A stretch of DNA of 64,000 nucleotides from a virus: IMG/VR virus record IMGVR_UViG_3300011113_000652, positions 6,906-70,905 of that record. One strand, given 5' to 3'. The notes under the pieces were generated by a model, which was not told where the DNA came from, did no database searches, and worked only from the letters and a program-made list of their open reading frames with translations. Below are positions 17,356 through 26,335 of the stretch, piece after piece. Every line of letters begins with the position of its first letter. The first letter of the stretch is position 1. The translations under genes were made by a program, and so were the position numbers.

Positions 17356-17577
17356 ATGAGTGTAAGAATCGAAAGTCGTAGTGGCGAAATTGATACCGAA
17401 CGCTGTGTTGAACATGCCGGGGGTCGTTATGACCTTGTGATTGCTGCTGCACAACGCTTGAGAGAAATGAAGCGCCGTGCCCGCGAAACCAACTCCTGGG
17501 TCACACCCATTGATGCACTTAAAGAGGTACAGAGTGGAACTTTTAACATGACTGATTATTTGGTAAAGGTAAAATAA
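17356..17577 (+). CDS. rpoZ: RNA polymerase omega subunit homologue
   Basis: GGRYDLVIAAAQRLRE and TPIDALKEVQSG parallel omega GNRFDLVLVAARRARQ and TTVIALREIEEG; AGGAG RBS. Confidence 0.75.
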   Translation: MSVRIESRSGEIDTERCVEHAGGRYDLVIAAAQRLREMKRRARETNSWVTPIDALKEVQSGTFNMTDYLVKVK

Positions 17578-17579
17578 AC

Positions 17580-17738
17580 ATGGCAAAACATCAAAGTGCA
17601 GGTGAACTAAGCAGAACTATCGCTGGCCAGTGGACCAAGACCGAAAAGCGTTCAGCGGCCAGTAGAAGCATCACAGAAGCCAACAAGAAGGCACACCAGA
17701 TACAAAAAAAATTCGCTCAACAGCAAAGCATGAAATAG
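17580..17738 (+). CDS. 52-aa basic hypothetical protein
   Basis: MAKHQSAGELSRTIAGQW..; starts 2 nt after the rpoZ stop. Confidence 0.55.
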   Translation: MAKHQSAGELSRTIAGQWTKTEKRSAASRSITEANKKAHQIQKKFAQQQSMK

Positions 17739-17747
17739 ATTCAACAT

Positions 17748-17822
17748 GCACCGTTCGTCTATCGGTTAGGACACCCGCCTTTCACGCAGGTAAGAGCGGT
17801 TCGATTCCGCTACGGTGTACCA
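17748..17822 (+). tRNA. tRNA-Glu(TTC)
   Basis: GCACCGT/ACGGTGT, GTCTATCGGTTAGGAC D arm, CTTTCAC loop, CCA. Confidence 0.9.
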
Positions 17823-17879
17823 AATATTTTGTAGAGTAGTCACGCAAAATAAGTAAGCATATCAATCAGGATCACAAAC

Positions 17880-18092
17880 ATGGCAAAATCTCTACAGCGT
17901 AAAAAACCTGGCTACACCCGAAGTGGCGAAGTCAAGATCGTAAGTCTCAGTGTCAAACAACTCACTGAGTTGAAAGAAAAAACACAGGCCAAAAAGAAGC
18001 AAGCAAGAATACAACGCAGGATCAATCTGCTGGAAAGTCGACCCGGATATACTGAGCCGGTGAGCACAGCAACAGAAGTAGCAACAGAGTAA
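17880..18092 (+). CDS. 70-aa basic hypothetical protein
   Basis: AGGA upstream; Lys/Arg rich. Confidence 0.6.
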   Translation: MAKSLQRKKPGYTRSGEVKIVSLSVKQLTELKEKTQAKKKQARIQRRINLLESRPGYTEPVSTATEVATE

Positions 18093-18100
18093 TTTTCTGG

Positions 18101-18171
18101 GCCCTTTTAATATAATGGTAATATGCTAGATTTGTAATCTTGACATGGGAGTTCGATTCTCTCAAAGGGCA
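18101..18171 (+). tRNA. tRNA-Thr(TGT), CCA not encoded, possibly degenerate
   Basis: GCCCTTT/AAAGGGC, TTTGTAA loop, GGGAG-TTCGATT-CTCTC; T.T mismatch in anticodon stem. Confidence 0.72.
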
Positions 18172-18191
18172 TACTATTCCAAGGACACATA

Positions 18192-18356
18192 ATGAGCAAA
18201 ATGAGCGATTTATTAAAACAGGCATTGGCCAAAAAACAAGGCACAACGCACATCGAAGGTGATGACGCACCTCAAGTAGAACGTAAAACTGCCAAACAGC
18301 GAGCACCTGTGATTGGCAAAAAACCACCTACACGAAGTGCTGGTCGTGGTCGCTGA
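18192..18356 (+). CDS. 54-aa basic hypothetical protein
   Basis: AAGGA RBS; MSKMSDLLKQALAKKQG..RSAGRGR. Confidence 0.6.
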   Translation: MSKMSDLLKQALAKKQGTTHIEGDDAPQVERKTAKQRAPVIGKKPPTRSAGRGR

Positions 18357-18359
18357 ACA

Positions 18360-19535
18360 ATGATAAGCCTTGAACAAAACACCAAACTTGGCTTTTACAC
18401 AGTGGGTGATAAGGTATTTTACAGCAAGCCACAGGCCTTGATCGAAGCCACACTCACTGGACATCATCCTCATTGGAATTTCAATCGGGAGATTTTCCTT
18501 AAGGAACCGTGGCAACAAGAACCTTTAGCATCCCTGAGAGATTTATATCGTATACGAGCACAGCAGTTGCGAGAAAAGTATGATTACATACGGCTGGAAT
18601 GCAGTGGTGGAGCAGACAGTACCACCACTCTTTATAGTTTTTTATTGAATGGGATCCATATTGATGAAATTATATTCAGATATCCCAAACAGGGCGAACA
18701 CGGAATCACTCCTAACGCAAATAATACCAAACCAGAAAACACATTAAGCGAATGGGAGTATGCTGCCAAACCCTTGCTAAAATGGGTGAGCCAAAACTAT
18801 CCCAAAGTGCGTGTCACCTTTCATGATTACAGTGACAACATTCTTAAATTTAAAAACGACGAAAGTTGGACTGATGTTGCCAAAGATTATCTACATCCAG
18901 AACACACGTTCAAGCATGATCCTCTTGCCACCAGCGATCAAATTAATTTAGCCGAGTCGGGCAAGCGTATATGTGTGCTATATGGCATAGACAAACCAAA
19001 AATTTGCATACGCGATGGCCGATGGTATTTTTATTTCTTAGATCTGCAGGCAAATCATGCCAACACCAATGTTGGGCACTTTACAAATATTACTACCGAA
19101 TATTTCTTTTGGTCGCCTGATCTCCCAGAACTGCTGAGAAAACAAGTACATGTTATACGTAACTGGTTTATGCAACCTATGAATCGTCATTTACAGTTTT
19201 TGATCCGATGGCCCAATCACTCCGTAGCTCAACGTACCACCTATGAAAGTTTGACCAAGCCATTGATCTATCCTGATTATGATCCTACGACCTGGCAAAC
19301 CAGCAAACCCACCAACAATTTTTATGCCGAAATGGGGTATTGGTTTTATAAAAATTTCCAAGACAGCAGATTTTACAAGGTTTGGGAAGCTGGCATCGAT
19401 CACATGGTAAACAAAATAGATCCAAAATATTTTACCTACGAATTGGGCAGACCAGTGGGATTCGTCGGATTCTTTGATGAATTTTATGAAATCGGTTCCA
19501 GTGATTTTGTCAATAACGATATCGCATATCAATAG
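18360..19535 (+). CDS. PP-loop (adenine nucleotide alpha-hydrolase-like) protein
   Basis: LYRIRAQQLREKYDY, SGGADS, GIDKP. Confidence 0.65.
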   Translation: MISLEQNTKLGFYTVGDKVFYSKPQALIEATLTGHHPHWNFNREIFLKEPWQQEPLASLRDLYRIRAQQLREKYDYIRLECSGGADSTTTLYSFLLNGIHIDEIIFRYPKQGEHGITPNANNTKPENTLSEWEYAAKPLLKWVSQNYPKVRVTFHDYSDNILKFKNDESWTDVAKDYLHPEHTFKHDPLATSDQINLAESGKRICVLYGIDKPKICIRDGRWYFYFLDLQANHANTNVGHFTNITTEYFFWSPDLPELLRKQVHVIRNWFMQPMNRHLQFLIRWPNHSVAQRTTYESLTKPLIYPDYDPTTWQTSKPTNNFYAEMGYWFYKNFQDSRFYKVWEAGIDHMVNKIDPKYFTYELGRPVGFVGFFDEFYEIGSSDFVNNDIAYQ

Positions 19536-19542
19536 GAGCACT

Positions 19543-20439
19543 ATGAAAAAACTTTTAGGAATTCTGTTTGTGATGTTGGTCTCTACTGCACAGGCACGAG
19601 AAACCGTGACCCTTGTCTATCCCTGGGGAATGGGTGATCCCATGGCCAACTACAGTCGTACTTTGATAGAAGTAGCCAACAAACAGCAAGACAAATATAT
19701 CTTTGTCTTAGAAAATCGCCCTGGCGCAGGAGGAACCATTGCAGCCAAACATGTACAAACCAATTCCAATTCTATCTTGGCAGCCAGCACTGCTTTTTTT
19801 GTGCGGCCAAATTTTTATCCTGATGCTAGTCACGACATCAATCAATTCCGTGTATTAATGACTCAATGTACGGTGCCCATGGTTATTAGCAGCAATCAAT
19901 ATCGTTCCTGGAATGATATTCCTAGAGATACTCCACTTCTCACTGGAGTCAGTGGTATAGGTGCCACTACACACCTCATTGCCTTGCAGATAAAACAAAA
20001 ATATCCTAGTCTGACTGTGGTACCTTATAAAAGCACACAAGAAAGCACACTGGACTTGGTCGGGGCCCGAATAAATCTTAACGTGGGATTTCCTCAAGAA
20101 GTTGCACAATGGATTTCAACCGGTAAAGCACATGGACTAGGAGTAACAGGAACTCGCCCGATCAACAATATACCAACTATGAGTAGTCTTGGTTATCAAC
20201 ACATGGATAGCATGGGTAATGGACACAGTCTTATAGTAAATCTACAGGTATCACAAGCTAAATTTCAAGAATGGCGACGTATTTTTCTAAAGGCTGCACA
20301 GCACTACTCGGTTAGACAAAGTTATGAACTTGACCACTGTGTGCCAATGGATTTTGATATGAAGCAAACTAACAGCTGGTATACCCAGCAAACTACATTC
20401 TGGAAAGAACAATCAAAATCAGTGCAACTTGATAAATGA
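19543..20439 (+). CDS. Bug/TctC tripartite tricarboxylate transporter substrate-binding protein
   Basis: signal peptide, ENRPGAGGTIA, VVPYKS. Confidence 0.82.
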   Translation: MKKLLGILFVMLVSTAQARETVTLVYPWGMGDPMANYSRTLIEVANKQQDKYIFVLENRPGAGGTIAAKHVQTNSNSILAASTAFFVRPNFYPDASHDINQFRVLMTQCTVPMVISSNQYRSWNDIPRDTPLLTGVSGIGATTHLIALQIKQKYPSLTVVPYKSTQESTLDLVGARINLNVGFPQEVAQWISTGKAHGLGVTGTRPINNIPTMSSLGYQHMDSMGNGHSLIVNLQVSQAKFQEWRRIFLKAAQHYSVRQSYELDHCVPMDFDMKQTNSWYTQQTTFWKEQSKSVQLDK

Positions 20440-20582
20440 TATAAATAAATCAGCAGCGCCAACAGGGGTTGACGCCGGATTCAATGACGCTTAGAGTCAA
20501 ACTCTTTTACTAATGTGTGACATTAGAACGCCTACCGTAGCGATAAAATCGCAAGCACCAGATATAAAAATAGGAAATACAA
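20440..20582 (+). promoter_or_regulatory. TATAAATA late-type promoter plus structured 5' leader
   Basis: TATAAATA 20440-20447; stems GGGTTGAC/GTCAAACTC, CTAATGT/ACATTAG, GCGAT/ATCGC. Confidence 0.45.
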
Positions 20583-21536
20583 ATGACTAAAACTACTAAA
20601 ATCCGTTGGGTGATCGCTCACGAGCCGTTGAGCTTGTTTATTCGTGCTGCTAAAGATTTTGAGCGCGAAGTAAATGCCCAACAAAGCACGCATAAGTTAG
20701 AGATTGAAATTATGACTTTGAGTGAATACAGCGAACGCCATAACAACGGTGTTGTTGTTACCAAACACGATTTGTTAGACTTAATGGATAACAATAAAAT
20801 TGAAATGAGTCAAATGTATACTACATGGCTTGCTGAACATTATAGTAATGACATGCATGTGTTGGATATGCCTTTCTTGTTTGAAGATCATGATCATGCC
20901 AGCCGTGTGTTGGAAGGTCCAGTTGGCGAATATCTGTTGGGCAGCATCAAAGAAAAGTCCAATATCCGTGGTCTGGCATTTACATACTCGGGCGGTTTCC
21001 GTTGCATCTTGAGTTCAAAACAAATCCATACATTGGCTGACTTTGCTGGCGCACCAATTCGTTCCAACAAAAACCCAATGGCCATGGAAACATTCCGTGC
21101 TATCGGTGCAGAACCAGTGGCAATGGAATTGGAAGAAATCAATCAGGCCACTGAATCTGGACTTGTAGTTGGTGGTGAAACTGCTTATCCAAGGATTTAT
21201 CCATTGGAACAAGACAAGTATCACAGTACGATTGTTGACAGCGAACACAGTTTGTTCTTGACATCCGTGATTATTACTGACACATTTTGGAACAGCCTTG
21301 ATGCCGAACTACAACAAGTGATTAAAACTGCCGCTGTTAAAGCCGGTCGTAGTGAGCGTGTCGAGTCAATTATCGACGGTGAACAGGCCAAAGAGCGTTT
21401 TGTCAGCGAAGGCAAAGAAGTTGTGCGTCTTAGCACACAAGATCAAAAAGAATTTCGCCAACGCACTGCTGTAGTATATGACAAATTTAAAGATTTTTTC
21501 AGTCCAGGGCTAGTGGACCAAATTCAAAAAGGTTGA
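20583..21536 (+). CDS. dctP: TRAP transporter DctP-like solute-binding protein, no signal peptide
   Basis: LDMPFLFEDHDHA, GGFR, FRAIGAEPV. Confidence 0.8.
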   Translation: MTKTTKIRWVIAHEPLSLFIRAAKDFEREVNAQQSTHKLEIEIMTLSEYSERHNNGVVVTKHDLLDLMDNNKIEMSQMYTTWLAEHYSNDMHVLDMPFLFEDHDHASRVLEGPVGEYLLGSIKEKSNIRGLAFTYSGGFRCILSSKQIHTLADFAGAPIRSNKNPMAMETFRAIGAEPVAMELEEINQATESGLVVGGETAYPRIYPLEQDKYHSTIVDSEHSLFLTSVIITDTFWNSLDAELQQVIKTAAVKAGRSERVESIIDGEQAKERFVSEGKEVVRLSTQDQKEFRQRTAVVYDKFKDFFSPGLVDQIQKG

Positions 21537-21543
21537 ACAAAGC

Positions 21544-21576
21544 ATAGCGAATGAATCTTTAAGATTCATTCGCTAT
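21544..21576. terminator. 16-bp inverted repeat, terminator-like
   Basis: ATAGCGAATGAATCTT-T-AAGATTCATTCGCTAT just after dctP. Confidence 0.6.
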
Positions 21577-21646
21577 TGTCTGTATTTTTAAGTCAGTATC
21601 TCAAATCAAATTGTTGTAGTCTTGTTATTCTAAGAAAGGTTTACCC

Positions 21647-22582
21647 ATGAAAAAACTCATTATGGTATTCGTGGCGGCCATTTTGTGCTTGTGTGGTAAC
21701 ATGGCCATCGCGAATGTCACAATCATTGTGCCCTTTTCCGTCGGCGGAAATGTTGACTTATGGTCCAGACAATTGGCCAGCTTTTCAGACAAACATCATA
21801 ATACGCGAACCATAATCCAAAATCGTTCAGGAGCAGGCGGACTGATAGGCTACAATGCTTACCTGACATTACCGCCGGATGTAACATCCTTAATCGGCGT
21901 GGGGCCAGGTATAATGCTGTTCGAACCTATGCGCACCAAAGAAATTGACCCGTTGCGGGACTTGACTATAATTTCTCCTTTTCTGGCCAGTCCTGAGGTC
22001 ATGGCAATCAACACAAAAACCAGCAAAGTCAAAACCATGAAGGAATTATTTGGGCCTACCAACAACAGGTTGAGCATAACCATTGGTGTGGGCGGCACAG
22101 CACATGAATTTTTTGCACGTTGGATGCAAAAGTATACCACACATGAGTTGATCATAGTTCCTTTCAAAGGCAGCGGCGACGTGAAAACTGCACTGTTGGG
22201 TGGACACATAGATATCATGCTGGATAATCTGGGTATCGTAGTTACCAACATAGGCAAAGACATTGAGATATTGGCATTAGGATCAGCTCCAACCGATTCT
22301 AGATTCAATCAGTATCCGTTGATGCATGATTGGCTGGATGGGTTTATTTTTTACAACTGGTCAGCTCTGGCAGTAAACAGCAAGTTAGAGAAGACACAAA
22401 TCCAAGAACTTAGAAAAAAATATTCACAACATGTTTTTTCAAAAGATTTTCAACGACAGGCACACGAACAAGGAATGGCAGTAATGTCTGTGCTAGATGG
22501 AACGTTTGAAGCTCAAATAAAAAAACAAGCCCATCAATGGCGCATGATAAATGATCAATTGAAGATTTTAAAAGCAAACTGA
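21647..22582 (+). CDS. Bug/TctC substrate-binding protein
   Basis: signal peptide, IIVPFSVGGNVD, QNRSGAGGLIG, VPFKGSG, LLGGHID. Confidence 0.88.
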   Translation: MKKLIMVFVAAILCLCGNMAIANVTIIVPFSVGGNVDLWSRQLASFSDKHHNTRTIIQNRSGAGGLIGYNAYLTLPPDVTSLIGVGPGIMLFEPMRTKEIDPLRDLTIISPFLASPEVMAINTKTSKVKTMKELFGPTNNRLSITIGVGGTAHEFFARWMQKYTTHELIIVPFKGSGDVKTALLGGHIDIMLDNLGIVVTNIGKDIEILALGSAPTDSRFNQYPLMHDWLDGFIFYNWSALAVNSKLEKTQIQELRKKYSQHVFSKDFQRQAHEQGMAVMSVLDGTFEAQIKKQAHQWRMINDQLKILKAN

Positions 22583-23757
22583 TGTATAACATATTTGACT
22601 TTGACAGATATGGTTATTATCTTTCATCCGATAAAAAAAAGTTTTACAACAAACTAGAATGTATTTTATACTGTAAGGCGCATGGTTTTGATTTTTCTTG
22701 GTGTTTCAATAACAACTACTTTGATCTGATAAACTGGTCGATCGAACCAAAATCTAGCATACAAGATTTATATGCACAACGAGCGCAAGAACTCAGGAAC
22801 AAATACGATTATCTTGTCCTGCATCTCAGTGGTGGACATGACAGTGGAAATATCCTGCAGACCTTTGCTGTTAACGATATCAAACTGGATGAAGTAATTA
22901 CACGTGGGCCGTTTTCTGACAGCATCCAGGATCCTACAATTAGATCTGCGGAAAATACCTATGCTGAGATTGGCCTTGCTGCAGTTCCTGCTGCAAAAAT
23001 TTTCAAAGAACAATATCAACCTGATCTAAAAATTACCATAGTAGAGACCAAACAATTAGCCGTTAATATCATGAGAGATAACCCCGCCTGGTTTGAAGGA
23101 TACAACGACTTAGATCCTGGCATGTTTTTACGTGCGACTCCAAATTATTTGGATCAAAGATATACCAAGATGGTGGATCAAGGAAAGACCGTGGCACATA
23201 TCACAGGCATGGAAAAACCAAGATTTTTTCGCCGAGGAAACAGCCTGCACCTGATATTTGATGATGAATCATTGAATCGACACAATCCGTTACGCAACGA
23301 CAATAGCAACTATAATTTTATTGAACATTTTTATTGGGCGCCGTCAGCTGGCGAACTACTGTGCAAACAAGGGCACCTGGTGTTAAAAGCATTAAATTGT
23401 TTGCAAAACGGTAAATCGCATGCAGACAAACTCTTAACCGATTGGGGCAGTCGCAACATTCAAGATTGGATAGCATCTGTAATTTACCCTAAGAAATTTT
23501 TGCCGCACTGGGATTGTCAAAAAGCCAGTCATGGTTTTATAAGAGACTGGGACAGTTGGTTTTATCGTGACGAAAATGCTGATTTTTTGAGGGCCTGGCA
23601 ACAAGGCATGCAATATCTAAACTCAGTGGTGCCAGTCGGCCATATGAAAAAAAACAACATGTATCTTGGTGGTTTTAAACCAAAATTTTCTATTGACAGA
23701 TACCTTGGCGAAATCTGTGCTACTTCTAGCCCGTACCAACAAGTCAGCATGCACTAA
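22582..23757 (+). CDS. PP-loop protein (paralogue of 18360-19535)
   Basis: LYAQRAQELRNKYDY, SGGHDS, GMEKP. Confidence 0.65.
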   Translation: MYNIFDFDRYGYYLSSDKKKFYNKLECILYCKAHGFDFSWCFNNNYFDLINWSIEPKSSIQDLYAQRAQELRNKYDYLVLHLSGGHDSGNILQTFAVNDIKLDEVITRGPFSDSIQDPTIRSAENTYAEIGLAAVPAAKIFKEQYQPDLKITIVETKQLAVNIMRDNPAWFEGYNDLDPGMFLRATPNYLDQRYTKMVDQGKTVAHITGMEKPRFFRRGNSLHLIFDDESLNRHNPLRNDNSNYNFIEHFYWAPSAGELLCKQGHLVLKALNCLQNGKSHADKLLTDWGSRNIQDWIASVIYPKKFLPHWDCQKASHGFIRDWDSWFYRDENADFLRAWQQGMQYLNSVVPVGHMKKNNMYLGGFKPKFSIDRYLGEICATSSPYQQVSMH

Positions 23758-23774
23758 CATCTGATAATTTCCGG

Positions 23775-23803
23775 TTGACCTTTAAATCTACACATTGTAT
23801 AAT
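23775..23803 (+). promoter_or_regulatory. sigma70-type promoter
   Basis: TTGACC-17nt-TATAAT with extended TG. Confidence 0.8.
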
Positions 23804-23856
23804 AGTCGTATAGTAGTTAATTTCAACCTGTAGTAAGTACGTAAAAGGACACAGCC

Positions 23857-24942
23857 ATGTCAGAAACAAGAACAGTCACTTCGGTGCAGGCTCGCAAGAG
23901 TCTGCTCAAAGCCTTTGCAAAAAAACGCCCACTTTTTTTGTGGGGTCCTCCCGGTATCGGTAAATCGGAATTGGTAGCCGATATTGCCCAGGAACTTGGT
24001 GGCCACATGATCGACCTCCGACTTGGTCAGATGGAGCCCACTGATATCCGTGGTATTCCGTTTTACAACAAAGATTCAGGCAAAATGGACTGGGCCGAGC
24101 CAGTGGATTTGCCAACTGCGGAGTTTGCCAGTCAGTATCCTATCGTAGTCCTGTTCTTGGACGAGATGAATTCGGCAGCCCCGAGTGTTCAAGCCGCGGC
24201 ATATCAGTTGATCCTGAATCGCCGTTGTGGCAAATACTTCTTGCCTGACAATGTGGTCATGGTGGCTGCAGGTAATCGTGAAAGCGACAAAGGTGTTACA
24301 TATAGAATGCCCACACCCTTGGCCAATCGTTTCATACACCAAGAAATGCGTGTGGACTTTGCGAGTTATCAAGAGTGGGCAGTCAACAACAACATCCACA
24401 AGGACGTGGTAGGTTACTTGAGTTTCGCCAAGCAGGACTTGTATGACTTTGATCCCAAATCAGCCAGCCGTGCCTTTGCAACACCAAGGTCGTGGACATT
24501 CGTAAGCCAATTGCTTGAAGATGAAGATGGTGATGATGACACTATCATGAACTTGATCGCAGGCACGGTGGGCGAAGGTCTTGCTGTGAAATTCATGGCA
24601 CACCGCAAGGTTGCTGGACGCATGCCCCGGCCTGAAGACATCTTGAGTGGCAAAGAGAAAGATCTCAATGTCAAAGAAGTCAGTGCCATGTACAGCCTGG
24701 TCATCAGCATGTGCTACGAGCTCAAGGGTGCAATTGAAAAAAAGGTGCCAGACAAGCAGTTCCATGAAATGGCCGACCACTTCTTCAAATACATGATGCA
24801 AAACTTTGAGACTGAATTGGTTGTTATGGGTGCTAGAATTGCTCTTACCACCTACAACTTACCGTTCCAGCCTACCAAGTTGAAAAACTTTGATGAGTTC
24901 CACAACCGCTTCGGTAAGTATATTTTGCAAGCTTCGGCCTAG
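23857..24942 (+). CDS. MoxR-like AAA+ ATPase
   Basis: Walker A GPPGIGKS, Walker B LFLDE, AAGNR, LANRF, TPRSW. Confidence 0.9.
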   Translation: MSETRTVTSVQARKSLLKAFAKKRPLFLWGPPGIGKSELVADIAQELGGHMIDLRLGQMEPTDIRGIPFYNKDSGKMDWAEPVDLPTAEFASQYPIVVLFLDEMNSAAPSVQAAAYQLILNRRCGKYFLPDNVVMVAAGNRESDKGVTYRMPTPLANRFIHQEMRVDFASYQEWAVNNNIHKDVVGYLSFAKQDLYDFDPKSASRAFATPRSWTFVSQLLEDEDGDDDTIMNLIAGTVGEGLAVKFMAHRKVAGRMPRPEDILSGKEKDLNVKEVSAMYSLVISMCYELKGAIEKKVPDKQFHEMADHFFKYMMQNFETELVVMGARIALTTYNLPFQPTKLKNFDEFHNRFGKYILQASA

Positions 24943-24952
24943 AAATAGGCCC

Positions 24953-24995
24953 GGAAGGCTGTGGTCATCACAGGCTGTGTCCATCACAGCCTTCC
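24953..24995. repeat. tandem 16-nt repeat inside an 11-bp inverted repeat
   Basis: AGGCTGTGGTCATCAC / AGGCTGTGTCCATCAC; GGAAGGCTGTG/CACAGCCTTCC. Confidence 0.6.
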
Positions 24996-25012
24996 ATCTT
25001 TATTGACATAAT

Positions 25013-25357
25013 ATGAACTATACCGTTACTCGTTTGGATCGTAGATACGCTTACTGGGAAGAATTCAACTACATGGTTGAGTTCCATAAAAATCGTGAGT
25101 GGGGCATGGGCACAGGTGTGTTGGACTTTGATCAAGCTAGAAAATGGTTCAACGAAACCTATGGTTGGAGCCAGGAAGTGGACACTCGCAGAGAAATGAT
25201 CGCCAGCAAGGTGCGCATGAACATAGATATCCACGATTTCAGTTACCTCAACACTGACTGGGCCTGGAGTTGTAGATATCAAGAATACAGGATCTATGTG
25301 AGTGACCCAGCCCTGACCATGTTCCGACTAAGGTGGAGTCAAAATACAAATGAATAA
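25013..25357 (+). CDS. small protein, F-x-L-(K/R)-W C-terminal family
   Basis: ends ALTMFRLRWS. Confidence 0.65.
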   Translation: MNYTVTRLDRRYAYWEEFNYMVEFHKNREWGMGTGVLDFDQARKWFNETYGWSQEVDTRREMIASKVRMNIDIHDFSYLNTDWAWSCRYQEYRIYVSDPALTMFRLRWSQNTNE

Positions 25358-26120
25358 AGACAAAGATATTACCTTAATAGTCGGGGATAGTTGGGGATGT
25401 GGTGAATGGGAATGTTTAGAAGATATCAGACAACAAACTAAAACATCTCATGGAGGCCTTGCACAATTCTTACAAGAATCAAATGTCAGAGCTATAAATT
25501 TTTCAAAACCTGGCGGAACTAACTTAGAAAGCTCGTCTAGACTAGAAAATTTTCTTATTGAATCTAATGGATTTCGATCTCGAGTAAACAAAATATTTGT
25601 TTTTCAAACTGAATGGCAAAGAGATTGTTATTCAACCGGAACACAATTTTTCCAAGAATGCCAACAACTTAACTTTGATTATGATAAAATAAAAAGCGCA
25701 ATAATTTCACGATTTTATTACCAATTAAGTTCTATCAGCCAAGACACAAACATTCCAATTTATGTTATAGGTGGTTGTGGTGATGCCTTATGGCTAGATA
25801 GGTTCGAACATGAATATCCAGGCGTCCAGATAGTATGTCAAAGTTTGGTAAACTTATGCTTGGAAAACGATCATAGAATACCTAACCCTGTATTTTCAAG
25901 TTGGAGTCCAACCACAGAACAACTTGTAAAATTTTACAAACAGCACATGAATCAAGAAAGTTTGAACAAACTGTTTGATGATATAGATTTAGCAACAGTG
26001 AGAAGAAAAAAATGGAATGAACTATACCGTAAAGGCCTTTTTTGTGAAGATCGGATACATCCAAATCGACATGCCTTTAAATTTTTATTTGACTTTTTAG
26101 GCAACAATCAACTTTTATGA
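25350..26120 (+). CDS. SGNH/GDSL-like hydrolase-fold protein
   Basis: VGDSWG, NFSKPGGTN, QTEWQR, DRIHPN. Confidence 0.7.
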   Translation: MNKDKDITLIVGDSWGCGEWECLEDIRQQTKTSHGGLAQFLQESNVRAINFSKPGGTNLESSSRLENFLIESNGFRSRVNKIFVFQTEWQRDCYSTGTQFFQECQQLNFDYDKIKSAIISRFYYQLSSISQDTNIPIYVIGGCGDALWLDRFEHEYPGVQIVCQSLVNLCLENDHRIPNPVFSSWSPTTEQLVKFYKQHMNQESLNKLFDDIDLATVRRKKWNELYRKGLFCEDRIHPNRHAFKFLFDFLGNNQLL

Positions 26121-26335
26121 GATTACCAGATCCTGAATGGCCTTATATATGTTATACTGGCCACCCTTGGCCAGAAGTGTGTGATTGGTGTAAGGCAAAC
26201 ATCGGTGAGTTTGATCAGGAGTGGTACAAACTGGGCGAAGACATTGCCGCTCAAAGCATATATACAGACTACAAGAGCACCTACATGTTCCGAGATGAGC
26301 GACATGCGGTGTTATTTCGATTGAGGTGGACATGA
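26117..26335 (+). CDS. small protein, F-x-L-(K/R)-W family
   Basis: ends FRDERHAVLFRLRWT. Confidence 0.65.
   Translation: MRLPDPEWPYICYTGHPWPEVCDWCKANIGEFDQEWYKLGEDIAAQSIYTDYKSTYMFRDERHAVLFRLRWT

Noticed and set aside
20530-20575. SAM-II/SAM-V riboswitch
   Set aside because: Only a superficial ACCGTA..GCAAGC resemblance; the pseudoknot pairings could not be built
10988-23757. Bacterial chromosomal origin suggested by torF, rpoZ, bug, dctP and ssrA
   Set aside because: These genes lack their usual bacterial neighbours (gmk/spoT, glnK-amtB, permeases, smpB) and sit among phage-type genes and promoters
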